Part shown: positions 19,001 through 28,157 of the stretch, one piece after another
Layout: every line of letters begins with the position of its first letter
Numbering within the stretch: position 1 is the first letter of the stretch
Source of the DNA: Candidatus Kaiserbacteria bacterium
GTDB lineage: Bacteria; Patescibacteriota; Minisyncoccia; Phycocordibacterales; UBA2100
Assembly (NCBI GenBank): GCA_016214605.1
Contig: JACROD010000014.1
Span: 41,074-105,073, forward strand
Reading direction: 5' to 3'
Length of the DNA stretch: 64,000 nt
Notes under the pieces: generated by a model
What the model was told of the DNA's origin: nothing
Database searches by the model: none
The model's input: only the letters and a program-made list of their open reading frames with translations
Translations under genes and position numbers: made by a program

Positions 19001-19181
19001 ACTCCTCCTTGAGGATTCGGTGACGGGTTATTTTGGTCCCGGTACCGAGGAAGCGGTACGTCAGTTCCAAGCGTCGCGAGGAGTTGTCTCAAACGGTACA
19101 TCGGAAACCACCGGCTATGGGCGTGTGGGGCAACGTACACGCGCGCTTCTGGTGAGTCTGGGACAGATGCAGGTCCAATAG
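16032..19181 (+). CDS. large secreted protein (likely beta-helix) with C-terminal peptidoglycan-binding domain
   Basis: 1049 aa; signal peptide; C-terminal PG_binding_1-like segment (…YFGPGTEEAVRQFQASRGV…). Confidence 0.7.
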   Translation: MHTYLRAGFFLSIHTRLLQITLLLLIFAGMIPQLASAATLQPGVDCATGAAAPQAEYSLNVSALPLGAYAANTLSPDFTNAAGSVLANSFWTASSTKYAVSANTAQSILASKYCSRDMEVETWMRKGYVFLRLTPEGKAIYFNIDYDNSYLAVGIATSTNETAYYPGATRTLYLNSNLVGTIPGFSKTGTDNQRLTFGVEGFEIYAKFNGVEFMRIKDFHHMAAGRVALKAPANYGLRSTTVRNFADKAILSDLTAGVYDPRDFGFRSIQTTGSISAGSNTLTLAGPTSFAVGDFVIVEIGKEPGAGMRGTKGVGGTWPAKSYPNLTAMQADTSQIDGLYAWREDTGDVYRFASANSSWGSAYTWYTAGTPAWGQDYYSKKYYPAKAVPRALQARITAVSNSGATLTLDKPAVVSVTSASAYLDVAPILNFLVGRDIWYKFGGVAGDLRSFTPLNMKVPIPAGSYAVGGSILTGNERTNNVLYGQGSTTSTLFSPKGVSSASIWFNGSNNMLRDLRLVGNFGDNGFGLNWATSIIPFGYGPSGLEVTYTSTGAVTETVITQGFGFPIGIMMSGGNLTVQDIKVDNVWWAAVGANYCNTCWAYRVDSTVKDPFQTYIQWQFEWGDSTGGGCVDCTVTSPQWIIPGFAMAKSTNVQFIRPKGINAVFDANSVGNFLFQDPETTIKSMSQFSTSSFSAMGWIMNINTNLDNALPVQDRDKRSGPGGKIINPRFIVQGPINSSNNGLGAIVINNWNPNVTIEGGYIEGPNWQSPSTINTPVGVNSQGTSTVINGLRVVGTVNPALGPKGNVALGKNGIIRNCIVDLIFLSGTARKENCKTNAEYGALGISTGAALWPPRTSIILQGSITSSGSTSTVRGFAYGTTTKYMATTTESGLFGPGSFSVTVPNIVCATTYHAAAYAQNAVGMNYGNDITFASDPCTPSAAATSSGQVLGVSITDTSLVDTSCKIDRMLSRGTHGPAVTCLQKTLVAQKLLLEDSVTGYFGPGTEEAVRQFQASRGVVSNGTSETTGYGRVGQRTRALLVSLGQMQVQ

Positions 19182-19200
19182 TGAAGTATCTTACCGACGC

Positions 19201-19232
19201 AAACTGGCGCCTCTACAGGGCGCCAGTTTTTG
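19201..19232. terminator. terminator between convergent genes
   Basis: aaactggcgcc-tctacag-ggcgccagttt followed by TTTT. Confidence 0.5.
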
Positions 19233-19236
19233 CGCA

Positions 19237-20946
19237 TTATATAAACAGCGTGTCGTCATTGAGATCGACCATACGCCCGAGCTCGTCGAGCGAAGTAATC
19301 CCTTGCAATACTTTTACGATGCCGTCTTGCGCCATGCGGCGGATTTGTTGATGCTTGGCGGCGGCCCAGATGTCGCGATCAGAAGCGCCAGAGCGCACGG
19401 TCTCCTCGATCTGTTTGTCCATCAAGATCACCTCGACGACCGAGATGCGGCCCTTGTAGCCCAAGCCGCCACATTTTTCACAGCCTTTCGGGATCCACAT
19501 ATGTGTTTTGTTTTCAGGAAGTTCGTCCGCATGGGGGATATTGCTCAAAATCTTGTCGACGAGCTCTTTATTGGCACCCTCGATCGGCACTTCCTCATGA
19601 CAATATTTGCACAGGCGGCGCACGAGGCGCTGTGCCATCGCCACGGTGAGTGCGGCGCCGAGGATGTCGGGCGATACCCCCATGTCCATGAGGCGGGGGA
19701 AGGTGCCCGCAGCGTCGTTGGTGTGGAGTGTGGAGAAGACAAGGTGGCCGGTGAGTGAGGCATTGACTGCGGTCGACGCCACTTCGGCGTCACGGATCTC
19801 GCCGACCATGATGATGTCGGGGTCTTGGCGGAGGGTCGAGCGCAGACCCTGTGCAAAACTATAATCCTTGGACACTTGCGTCTGCACGATGCCGTTGAGG
19901 TGGTATTCGATCGGGTCTTCAATCGTGACGATCTTGATGCCAGCCTCATTAACCTTACTCAAAAATGCGTAGAGCGTCGTCGTCTTACCAGAGCCGGTTG
20001 GTCCGGTGTTGAGGATCATACCGTTGGGCTTCGCGATCTCATGATCGAAGATAGCCATGAGGTATTTGTCGAAGCCCAGCGCCTCAAGCGGCAGACCGAT
20101 CGTCGTCGGGTCCAAGATACGCATGACGATGGTCTCGGCATAGGCGCCGGGCAGTACCGAGAGGCGGATCTCGATCTCTTTTTCGTTGACCACGATCGAG
20201 AAGCGGCCGTCTTGCGCGGCATTTTTGATGTTGAGCTTGAGTCCCGAGAGGAGCTTGAGGCGGCTCGACACTAGTGCGTAGGTCGCGAAGTCGAACCGAG
20301 CCACGTCCATCAAGACGCCGTCGAGTCGGTAGCGCATGCGCACGTCGTCTTCTTGTGGCTCAAGGTGTACGTCGGACCCGCCGAGTGAGAGTGCGCCGGA
20401 CATAATGATCTCGAGGATGCGCGAGATGCGATGTGTGTCTTTGCTGTCGGAGCTCGTCTTGATCTCTACGCGCACGTCCTCCATTGTCTTGAGTTTTTGG
20501 AGCATTTGCTGGATGGTCTCGGTGGAGAGGGTAAGGACGCCGGCCTCGGTCTCGGTCGCGTAGGAGATGTCGTGATAGCGATCCCATGCGTGCTCAAGCG
20601 ACGCACGCGAAGCGATCAGACGCCGCACCGTGTAGCCGAGGCGCTCGACCTCGGCTATTTGCTGCAGCGAGTCGGTGCGCTCCGGGGCGCGCATGGCGAC
20701 GAAGATGTTTTTGTTGTTCTTTTGGAACGCCGCTATTTCGAGCTCCCGTGCGCGCGCTTCGGGGATGAGACGCAGAGCATCGGCGTTGATCGATTTGTTG
20801 GTGAGGTCGACATACTCGATGCCGTACTTGCCCGCGAGTATTTCGGCGAGCTGTTCTTCTTCGCGGCGGCGAAGCTCATCAAGGCGCTCCTCCTGTTTTT
20901 TTTCGTTAAACTCGGTGACCATGGGTCCTATTGTAACCCATTTCAT
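19237..20946 (-). CDS. pilB: type IV pilus assembly ATPase PilB/GspE family
   Basis: 569 aa; Walker A LNTGPTGSGKTTTL, GspE/PilB N- and C-domains with Zn-binding CxxC…CxxC. Confidence 0.85.
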   Translation of the reverse strand: MKWVTIGPMVTEFNEKKQEERLDELRRREEEQLAEILAGKYGIEYVDLTNKSINADALRLIPEARARELEIAAFQKNNKNIFVAMRAPERTDSLQQIAEVERLGYTVRRLIASRASLEHAWDRYHDISYATETEAGVLTLSTETIQQMLQKLKTMEDVRVEIKTSSDSKDTHRISRILEIIMSGALSLGGSDVHLEPQEDDVRMRYRLDGVLMDVARFDFATYALVSSRLKLLSGLKLNIKNAAQDGRFSIVVNEKEIEIRLSVLPGAYAETIVMRILDPTTIGLPLEALGFDKYLMAIFDHEIAKPNGMILNTGPTGSGKTTTLYAFLSKVNEAGIKIVTIEDPIEYHLNGIVQTQVSKDYSFAQGLRSTLRQDPDIIMVGEIRDAEVASTAVNASLTGHLVFSTLHTNDAAGTFPRLMDMGVSPDILGAALTVAMAQRLVRRLCKYCHEEVPIEGANKELVDKILSNIPHADELPENKTHMWIPKGCEKCGGLGYKGRISVVEVILMDKQIEETVRSGASDRDIWAAAKHQQIRRMAQDGIVKVLQGITSLDELGRMVDLNDDTLFI

Positions 20947-21009
20947 TCCCCAGTGTGCTATTCTGGATAGGTAATCGGATATTTTTATAATTTGTAAACA
21001 TCATTACCT

Positions 21010-21501
21010 ATGGAGGGCCCACATTTTTTTGGCAAAGGGAAGGGAAGGGTCGCTGACAATATTGCCAAAATAGTGGCGGCGGGAATAACGTTTGGCGCTG
21101 GTGGGGCGGAGGCAAAAAACATACAGCAGTATGCGAGCACCCCATCAACTTTTGAAGAAAACCTTATACGATCTACACAGGAGGAGATGAAACAAAATGA
21201 AGCCGCCGAAATAGAAGCGGTCAAGCTTCTCACTCGGATCTCTCAGAGGGAGGCCTTTGAAAGGGATTCAAATGGGGTTCCGTTACGACAAGGCGAACAT
21301 AATAAACAAGTATATGCTCGGATCAATGGCCAGATCAGAGTATACATTGAAAAATACCCGGCTTACTTGAACCCAACCCCCGCACAAAAACTATTGAATA
21401 CTATCTCTAATATAGATGGGTGGGTGGATGACGATGTACACGCTCACACGATCAATTTTATCAAGTTTATGGTCGTGGCGCATCCTTCTGTGGTCAAATG
21501 A
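21010..21501 (+). CDS. hypothetical protein
   Basis: 163 aa ORF; stop overlaps tsaE start (ATGA). Confidence 0.45.
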   Translation: MEGPHFFGKGKGRVADNIAKIVAAGITFGAGGAEAKNIQQYASTPSTFEENLIRSTQEEMKQNEAAEIEAVKLLTRISQREAFERDSNGVPLRQGEHNKQVYARINGQIRVYIEKYPAYLNPTPAQKLLNTISNIDGWVDDDVHAHTINFIKFMVVAHPSVVK

Positions 21502-22004
21502 AAACAAAGATCGCGGGTACGGATGCGATGGAGACCTTTGCGCGCGAATTCATCTCGCAGCTTTCTCCTGTTGCCGGCGGAGCGACGATCATCGCGCTCT
21601 CAGGCGACCTCGGTGCGGGCAAGACTACGCTCGCGCAGGGGATCGCGCGGGCGCTGGGGGTGGAGGAGGCGGTTACGAGTCCTACCTTTGTGCTGGAAAA
21701 GGTGTATGAGCTAGGTAATCCTAGTGCGGAGGCGGGAGCACTTTTTTCCGCTTCCGCCTATCGTTCGGGTCGGGAAAAAGTGCTCCCGCCTCCGCGCCCC
21801 TGGACACACCTCATCCACATCGATGCATACCGACTCGTAAGCGAACACGAGCTCGAAGTGCTCGGCTGGCACGAAATGGCGCAGAATCCCGGCAATCTGA
21901 TCGTGATCGAATGGCCAGAGATGGTCGCGGAACTTATTCCTGTGGATGCAATACGCATTACTTTCTCTGGTTCTGGAGAGGTGCGAGACATTTCCATCAA
22001 TTGA
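21498..22004 (+). CDS. tsaE: tRNA threonylcarbamoyladenosine biosynthesis protein TsaE
   Basis: P-loop ALSGDLGAGKTTLAQGIA and HIDAYRL motif typical of YjeE/TsaE. Confidence 0.8.
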   Translation: MKTKIAGTDAMETFAREFISQLSPVAGGATIIALSGDLGAGKTTLAQGIARALGVEEAVTSPTFVLEKVYELGNPSAEAGALFSASAYRSGREKVLPPPRPWTHLIHIDAYRLVSEHELEVLGWHEMAQNPGNLIVIEWPEMVAELIPVDAIRITFSGSGEVRDISIN

Positions 22005-22056
22005 CCTCTGTGTATGGTGTAGTTTCGTGATGAAAGACAAAAGCGGGAGATAGACC

Positions 22057-22635
22057 ATGTCCAGCACTATAACGTTTCCCGGAAAAAATCCCTTGGAGCA
22101 TGCGGGCGATGTAGACGTTCAGCCATATCCGGGGAAGTTTAGCGCATCAAATACATTTGCAATCGGTTCGATCATCGGGGGGATTCCGGTGGGTAATGTG
22201 AGTAGTGAATTTATGGCGCTGTTTTGTACTATTCCATTTGGAAAGCCGACGAAAAAACCGCTAGATTTTCCGGCGGCATCCATACCATATTGGAATCTCA
22301 CGCGCGCGACGCACGATTCCGACATCTTCCATATATGGATGGGTGGGAAAAATAGAGTGCATCACCTGGTGCGCGTCTTCCAAATCATGAGTCTGGGTAA
22401 AAAAGGTCCCTCGCTCATGAATGGACTTGCTAATATTGCGTTTGCCCCTCCGGTTTTCAGCGTAGAGCCGCGCACGATCTATTGGAGTGTATCCATGGGC
22501 ACATGGCATTTAGAAGCAATCCCTGGATCAGCCAGTAATCTGAGAACTACCAGACTACGATGTCGTCTACCGACCGGAGTACGTATATTTGGCGGTATTT
22601 GTGAAGAGACAGAACACGAACCATTAGCCTTCTGA
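22057..22635 (+). CDS. hypothetical protein
   Basis: 192 aa ORF fills the tsaE-polA gap; ends inside a rho-independent terminator. Confidence 0.35.
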   Translation: MSSTITFPGKNPLEHAGDVDVQPYPGKFSASNTFAIGSIIGGIPVGNVSSEFMALFCTIPFGKPTKKPLDFPAASIPYWNLTRATHDSDIFHIWMGGKNRVHHLVRVFQIMSLGKKGPSLMNGLANIAFAPPVFSVEPRTIYWSVSMGTWHLEAIPGSASNLRTTRLRCRLPTGVRIFGGICEETEHEPLAF

Positions 22636-22666
22636 TCCCCATGCGGGACCAGAAGGCTTTTTGTTT
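22626..22666 (+). terminator. rho-independent terminator
   Basis: agccttctg-15 nt loop-cagaaggct followed by TTTTGTTT. Confidence 0.5.
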
Positions 22667-22688
22667 ATTGTAGGAGTATACTGCACAC

Positions 22689-25121
22689 ATGACCAAGAAG
22701 GATAAAAAAGAGGGGGGAGAGCCGCGGCACCGTCTCGTACTCCTCGACACGCACGCGATCATTCATCGGGCGTATCATGCGATACCTGATCTCACGACCT
22801 CCAAGGGCGAGCCGTCGGGCGCGCTTTATGGGCTCGTCTCGATGCTTTTGCGGACAGTCAATGATCTCAAGCCGGATTACATCGTCGCGACGCGCGATCT
22901 GCCGGGCCCGACTCATCGGCACGAAAAGTTTGAAGCCTACAAAGGTACTCGCGCCAAGACCGAAGACGCACTGATCGCGCAGCTCGAGCGTGCGCCGATC
23001 GTGTTTGAGGCTTTTGGTATCCCTATGTATTCCGCCCCAGGTTATGAGGCAGATGATTGTATCGGCACTATAGTAGAGGACCTCAAGGCACATAATCATG
23101 TCGACACGATCATTGCATCGGGTGATATGGATACACTCCAGCTCGTCTCGCCGACGGTCGGCGTGTATACGATGCGCAAAGGGATCACTGATATCAAATT
23201 CTACGACAAAGATGAGGTGAAGGAGCGATATGGATTTGGGCCCGAGCATGTGGTGGATTACAAAGCATTGCGTGGCGACCCATCAGACAATATCCCCGGC
23301 GTCCCCGGTATCGGCGAGAAGACAGCGACCGATCTCATCAAGGCATTCGGCTCGCTCGAAGATATCTACAAAGCGATCGACAAGGACCCTGATCTACTCA
23401 TCAAAAAGGGTATCAAGCCGCGCATCGTACAGATGCTGATCGACGGCAAGGAAAGTGCGTACTTCTCCAAGGACCTGTCGACGATCCATACCGATGCACC
23501 AATCTCGTTCACACTGCCCGAGAAAAAGTGGGAGCTTGCGGATCATCTCGCGGGGATCGAGCGATTATGCGATGAACTCGAGTTTCGTTCGCTCAAGGAT
23601 CGTGTTCGTAAATTACTCAATGCCGACCACGCAGCTGAGGCGGGTGAAGCGGAGGCCGCAGCTCTACCGGATGTCGACAAGACCGCGCTTGCCGAAGTAT
23701 CGGTCGCGCTCTGGGTCTTGAATTCCGACATCGCGAACCCTTCGCTTGCAGACATTTTTGAATTCACGGGCGTGAATGATTTTGATGCGGCGCGCGAAAA
23801 AATATTTGCACTGCTCAAGGAGACTCCGGTGCTCGAAAAGGTATACAGCGAGATCGAAAAGCCGCTCATACCGATCGTGGAGCGGATGCATGTTGACGGG
23901 GTGATGATAGATGTGAAGTATCTCAAATCGCTCGCAAAGGAATACACGACCGGCCTCAAGGAGATCGAGAAGCGTATCTATGCGCACGCGGGACACGAAT
24001 TCAATATCAATTCACCCAAGCAACTCGGCGCCGTGCTCTATGACGAGCTCAATATTGGTGAAGGAGGCAAACAAAAGAAGACCGCAGGAGGTGCGCGCAC
24101 GACGCGCGAAGACGAGCTGGTGAAGCTCTCCGACCAGCATCCGATCATCGCTGATATCTTGGCACACCGCGAGCTCCAAAAACTCCTCTCTACCTATATA
24201 GACAAGATCCCCGACCTCGTCGAAAAGGATGGCCGTTTGCATGCCGAATTCTTGCAGGCGGGATCGGCGACCGGTCGTATGGCGAGCCAAAACCCCAATG
24301 TGCAAAATATCCCCATCAAGACCGAATACGGCCGCCGTATTCGCAGTGCCTTTGTCGCCGCGCCGGGATATGTACTCGCGGCGATCGACTACTCGCAGAT
24401 CGAATTGCGCATCGCGGCAGGGCTCTCGGGCGACGAAAAGCTTCTCAGGGTATTTAAAGAGGGGGGAGATATCCACACTGAGGTCGCGTCTTTTGTGTTT
24501 GGGGTGGAGAAAGATAAGGTAGATCGCGAAATGCGCCGCCGTGCCAAAGTGATCAACTTTGGCATTCTCTATGGTATGGGGGTCAATGCCTTGCGTGCGA
24601 ACCTGGGGCCTTCTGTGACGCGCGCAGAGGCGGCCGAGTACCTCGAAGATTATTTTAAGACCTTTTCCGGCGTCACCGCCTGGATCGAAAAGACCAAGGC
24701 ATTCGTCCACAAACACGGCTATGTCGAGACGCTCTACGGGCGCCGCCGCTATTTTCCCGGCATCAAATCAACCCTGCCCGGCATCGTCGCACAGGCCGAG
24801 CGTGCGGCGGTCAATGCACCGATGCAGGGGTCGCAAGCGGACATCATCAAGCTCGCTATGATTGAAGCCGACGCTATGATAGAGCGCGAGGGCTTGCGTG
24901 ACCGCGTGAAGTTATTGCTCCAGGTACACGACGAACTCATGTACGAAGTGGCCGAGAAAGATGTCGAGACCCTCGTCCCGCGCCTGCGCCAGGTAATGGA
25001 ATCGATCGTAGAGGGCGACATGCTTGCAGGTGTGCCGATCACCGCCGAGGCATCGATAGGGAAGAATTGGGGTGACATGCGAAAACTTGGAGCATCGCAA
25101 GGCCGGAACGCGGCGGCGTGA
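22689..25121 (+). CDS. polA: DNA polymerase I
   Basis: 810 aa; N-terminal 5'-3' exonuclease domain, C-terminal family A polymerase motifs (…DYSQIELR…, …VHDELMYE…). Confidence 0.95.
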   Translation: MTKKDKKEGGEPRHRLVLLDTHAIIHRAYHAIPDLTTSKGEPSGALYGLVSMLLRTVNDLKPDYIVATRDLPGPTHRHEKFEAYKGTRAKTEDALIAQLERAPIVFEAFGIPMYSAPGYEADDCIGTIVEDLKAHNHVDTIIASGDMDTLQLVSPTVGVYTMRKGITDIKFYDKDEVKERYGFGPEHVVDYKALRGDPSDNIPGVPGIGEKTATDLIKAFGSLEDIYKAIDKDPDLLIKKGIKPRIVQMLIDGKESAYFSKDLSTIHTDAPISFTLPEKKWELADHLAGIERLCDELEFRSLKDRVRKLLNADHAAEAGEAEAAALPDVDKTALAEVSVALWVLNSDIANPSLADIFEFTGVNDFDAAREKIFALLKETPVLEKVYSEIEKPLIPIVERMHVDGVMIDVKYLKSLAKEYTTGLKEIEKRIYAHAGHEFNINSPKQLGAVLYDELNIGEGGKQKKTAGGARTTREDELVKLSDQHPIIADILAHRELQKLLSTYIDKIPDLVEKDGRLHAEFLQAGSATGRMASQNPNVQNIPIKTEYGRRIRSAFVAAPGYVLAAIDYSQIELRIAAGLSGDEKLLRVFKEGGDIHTEVASFVFGVEKDKVDREMRRRAKVINFGILYGMGVNALRANLGPSVTRAEAAEYLEDYFKTFSGVTAWIEKTKAFVHKHGYVETLYGRRRYFPGIKSTLPGIVAQAERAAVNAPMQGSQADIIKLAMIEADAMIEREGLRDRVKLLLQVHDELMYEVAEKDVETLVPRLRQVMESIVEGDMLAGVPITAEASIGKNWGDMRKLGASQGRNAAA

Positions 25122-25244
25122 GTGGGCGTAGGTTTTTTTATAAGCAAAGCGAATTAGAAAACCAAGTGCAAAGCTTCGCGCAATTTTTCAGCAGAAAAAT
25201 ATGCGTGACAGATGAGGAAGGTGGGGAGGTAGCGGCACGCCGCC

Positions 25245-26738
25245 GTGATACTATATTTTCTAATGATTGAGATTATTGCGATAGTGATTGCGTATCCATC
25301 AGCCTTGTACACACTTCGATATGTACGGCGGTTTTATACGAATGGCCTAGGGGCTTTTCTCGGAGGCGCAGCTATTTTCTTAATCATCGAGACATCGTTC
25401 ACTTTTGTTCTTGGTTTTTTGTTGCCATTGATATTCAGTTCTCTGTTATCCGGACAGGAAAGTGATGTAATCGGTATCCTTACGGAAGTTTTTCTGCGAA
25501 TATTTGGGACTGCCATAATGACAGTGCCTACCATTCTTGCATTAGCGGTTGGTTATAAACATATGCAGGGTTGGGCAATATCGACCGTTGATGTTTCATC
25601 CGTACGGACACCACTAGACTCAACTCACCGTGTTAGCAATACAATATCGTTACCGATAATAAGTGGAATTATCTTGGTGTTTCTCACCATCTTACCGTGG
25701 TGGACGACTATAACCTTCACCACTGCTCCGTTATTGGCCTCGAGATTTCATCAGCCGCAATGGTGCCTATGGATGCCGGAAGTCGCTTTTGATTCGGGGC
25801 GGTGGCAAAATCTCGCACCCGGGGTAGCCTGTCTCAAGAGGGCTCAAACAGATGAAGAATACTACGCACGTTGCGATTTGATGCCGGAAGCTGTTCGCGA
25901 ACCCATCGCCAATATCGATGATGCAAACAGTCCCTACCAAGATTGCATAATGCACAATGTCCAAGTAACCACACGAAACGCGACATCTTCGATGTTGGGA
26001 GCCGTGTCGAGTGCCGCTGATACATGCGGCCAAATCAAAGACTTGGAACGTAGAGCCACTTGCCTCCTTCCGTACACAAATACTTCCGCCCAGGGCGTCA
26101 TGTGTGCTGCTGTTTTTAATTCACTCGATCAAGGTTTTTTTGATGGTATTGACGCGGTAATAATCGGCCGATGTCTCGACAAACAAACAGTGAACGAGAA
26201 AATGTTTGAAGGTCGTCCGATATGGTTCAACTTCCACGTGGCTTCGGGATACAAACTTGGTAATCACGTTTCCGTCAAGCGAGATGATATATTGCAATGG
26301 CTAAAGTCAATCAATGTAAATCCCAATGCACGAACAGCAACATCGGCGCGCGGTTCGGCAGACAAGAGTGTGGCAGGGCAAACATTTCTTCTGTATTTGC
26401 TTGATGCGGGTTTACAGAGTCAGATATGGCTTTTCGTAACTGCGGATGACATCAAAGCACTTATTTCTTTTGGTGTTGATCCTCGTATCAAAGATATATC
26501 CGGTTGGTCCGCGATGGATTATGCGATCAAGTGGGGCAATATTGATGCGGTAGAGGTACTCTTGCCGTACTTCAAGGGATATGCCCCAAGACAAGAAGCA
26601 GCAGATTTTTTTCTCAAAGAGATTTGTGATTATCAAGCTGACACCGGAAAATGTTTTTCGATTTGGGATACTGAACAAGCGGCTGCCGAACGTGCTCGTG
26701 TTGGTTTTCAAAAACTAGGATTTATCCAATTCAAATAA
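25245..26738 (+). CDS. multi-TM membrane protein with C-terminal ankyrin-like repeats
   Basis: 497 aa; relatively AT-rich; N-terminal 5-6 TM helices; C-terminal ankyrin-like segments. Confidence 0.45.
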   Translation: MILYFLMIEIIAIVIAYPSALYTLRYVRRFYTNGLGAFLGGAAIFLIIETSFTFVLGFLLPLIFSSLLSGQESDVIGILTEVFLRIFGTAIMTVPTILALAVGYKHMQGWAISTVDVSSVRTPLDSTHRVSNTISLPIISGIILVFLTILPWWTTITFTTAPLLASRFHQPQWCLWMPEVAFDSGRWQNLAPGVACLKRAQTDEEYYARCDLMPEAVREPIANIDDANSPYQDCIMHNVQVTTRNATSSMLGAVSSAADTCGQIKDLERRATCLLPYTNTSAQGVMCAAVFNSLDQGFFDGIDAVIIGRCLDKQTVNEKMFEGRPIWFNFHVASGYKLGNHVSVKRDDILQWLKSINVNPNARTATSARGSADKSVAGQTFLLYLLDAGLQSQIWLFVTADDIKALISFGVDPRIKDISGWSAMDYAIKWGNIDAVEVLLPYFKGYAPRQEAADFFLKEICDYQADTGKCFSIWDTEQAAAERARVGFQKLGFIQFK

Positions 26739-26775
26739 TGGATTGATCCTAGTCAGGGGTCTATAATGTCCGCAC

Positions 26776-27414
26776 ATGAAGACTTTTGCTTTTATTGATG
26801 CGTCCAATCTCTTTTATGGCGGCAGAAAATCGCTCGGGTGGAGTATTGATTATGAAAAATTACTCGCATACCTGAAGAAAAAATATGAGGTAGAAACTAT
26901 CTATTTTTTCGGCGGCGTAGAGATACATCGGTTTCCATTCGATTACCTTGCGCACGAGACGGTACCTGTACGACAGCTCGAGGAGTATTTGGCAGGGTTG
27001 ATCAAGGAAAAAGGCGATTACATGAGCGATGCGCAGATTATACTTCTGGAGCGGCATTTGCGGCGTGTTCGCTTTTACCGCAAACTCGAACAATTCGGCT
27101 ACATGCTCGTATTGAAACCGGTCAAAACCTACGATGAGGAGGGTAATCCGCGCCGCAAGGCCAACTGCGATGTGGACATGGCATACTGCCTTATGAGGGA
27201 ACTGAACAATTTCAATCGCGCGTTGGTGCTTTCCGGCGACGGCGATTTCTTGCCGGTGTTGAAATTTTTGCGAGCGAACGAGAAAGAGGTGCTGGTGATG
27301 GCGCGCGGGCACCGGACGGCAAAGGAAATCAAAAGATTTGCCGGGGATAGATTCATGGACTTCACACGCTTGCAACATAAACTGCAGCGCGATGAAGAAG
27401 AGGAACTATATTAA
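26776..27414 (+). CDS. NYN/LabA-like domain nuclease
   Basis: FAFIDASNLFYGG…, CDVDMA…, SGDGDF motifs of the NYN/PIN-like fold; preceded by TATAAT at about 26763. Confidence 0.65.
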   Translation: MKTFAFIDASNLFYGGRKSLGWSIDYEKLLAYLKKKYEVETIYFFGGVEIHRFPFDYLAHETVPVRQLEEYLAGLIKEKGDYMSDAQIILLERHLRRVRFYRKLEQFGYMLVLKPVKTYDEEGNPRRKANCDVDMAYCLMRELNNFNRALVLSGDGDFLPVLKFLRANEKEVLVMARGHRTAKEIKRFAGDRFMDFTRLQHKLQRDEEEELY

Positions 27415-27506
27415 ATTACAGCGGGCGGCACCTGCGAAAGATGCCGCCCAAGTCTGGTACGGTCATAGTAGACGATTAACAAAAAAAGTCAAGCACCATT
27501 ATACAC

Positions 27507-28157
27507 ATGCTCTATCTCTACACAGGTACCGACAGGATGAAGGCGCGTGCGGCGCTGGGTGCTGGGCGCGCCAAGCTCGCCCCTGGCGTGCCGGTTATCC
27601 ACATCACCGATATTCACACCACAGAGGACCTGGATGCCGCGCTTGCCGGGGGAGGGATGTTTGCAGGTGTGCGTGCAGTGGTGCTCGACGAGCTCTTTGA
27701 TCGCGAAGAAATGCGCGAGCGGATAGTAGGGCAGCTCGAGCGTATCGCATCGGCGAGTGATCACTTTTTTATATATGTGGAAAAGCTCGATGCGGCTACG
27801 CGCCGACAGATCGAAAAGCATACGACCAAGTCAGAGCAGTTCGATCTGCCAAAAAAGGCCGATAGATCAAGCTCAATATTTAACCTCGGTAATGCATTGC
27901 GCGCCCGCAACAAAAAAGATCTCTGGGTGAGCTATCAGCGCGAGCTCGCGAATGACGCGGCTCCTGAGGCGATCCATGGCGTGCTCTTTTGGGCGGCAAA
28001 GCAGATGCTCATGTCGGCACGATCTGAAGCGGAGGCAGTGCGCGGCAAGAAACTCATCGCTACACTCGCGGCACTGCCGCACGAGGCGCGACGGCAGGGA
28101 GTGGACCTGGAATATGCACTGGAGCGATTTGTGCTCTCCGGTGACGTGGTATCATGA
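27507..28157 (+). CDS. holA: DNA polymerase III delta subunit (short form)
   Basis: 216 aa; N-terminus MLYLYTGTD and overall HolA-like pattern. Confidence 0.5.
   Translation: MLYLYTGTDRMKARAALGAGRAKLAPGVPVIHITDIHTTEDLDAALAGGGMFAGVRAVVLDELFDREEMRERIVGQLERIASASDHFFIYVEKLDAATRRQIEKHTTKSEQFDLPKKADRSSSIFNLGNALRARNKKDLWVSYQRELANDAAPEAIHGVLFWAAKQMLMSARSEAEAVRGKKLIATLAALPHEARRQGVDLEYALERFVLSGDVVS

Noticed and set aside
22665-23249. 194-aa minus-strand ORF
   Set aside because: It is antisense to the conserved N-terminal 5'-3' exonuclease domain of polA.
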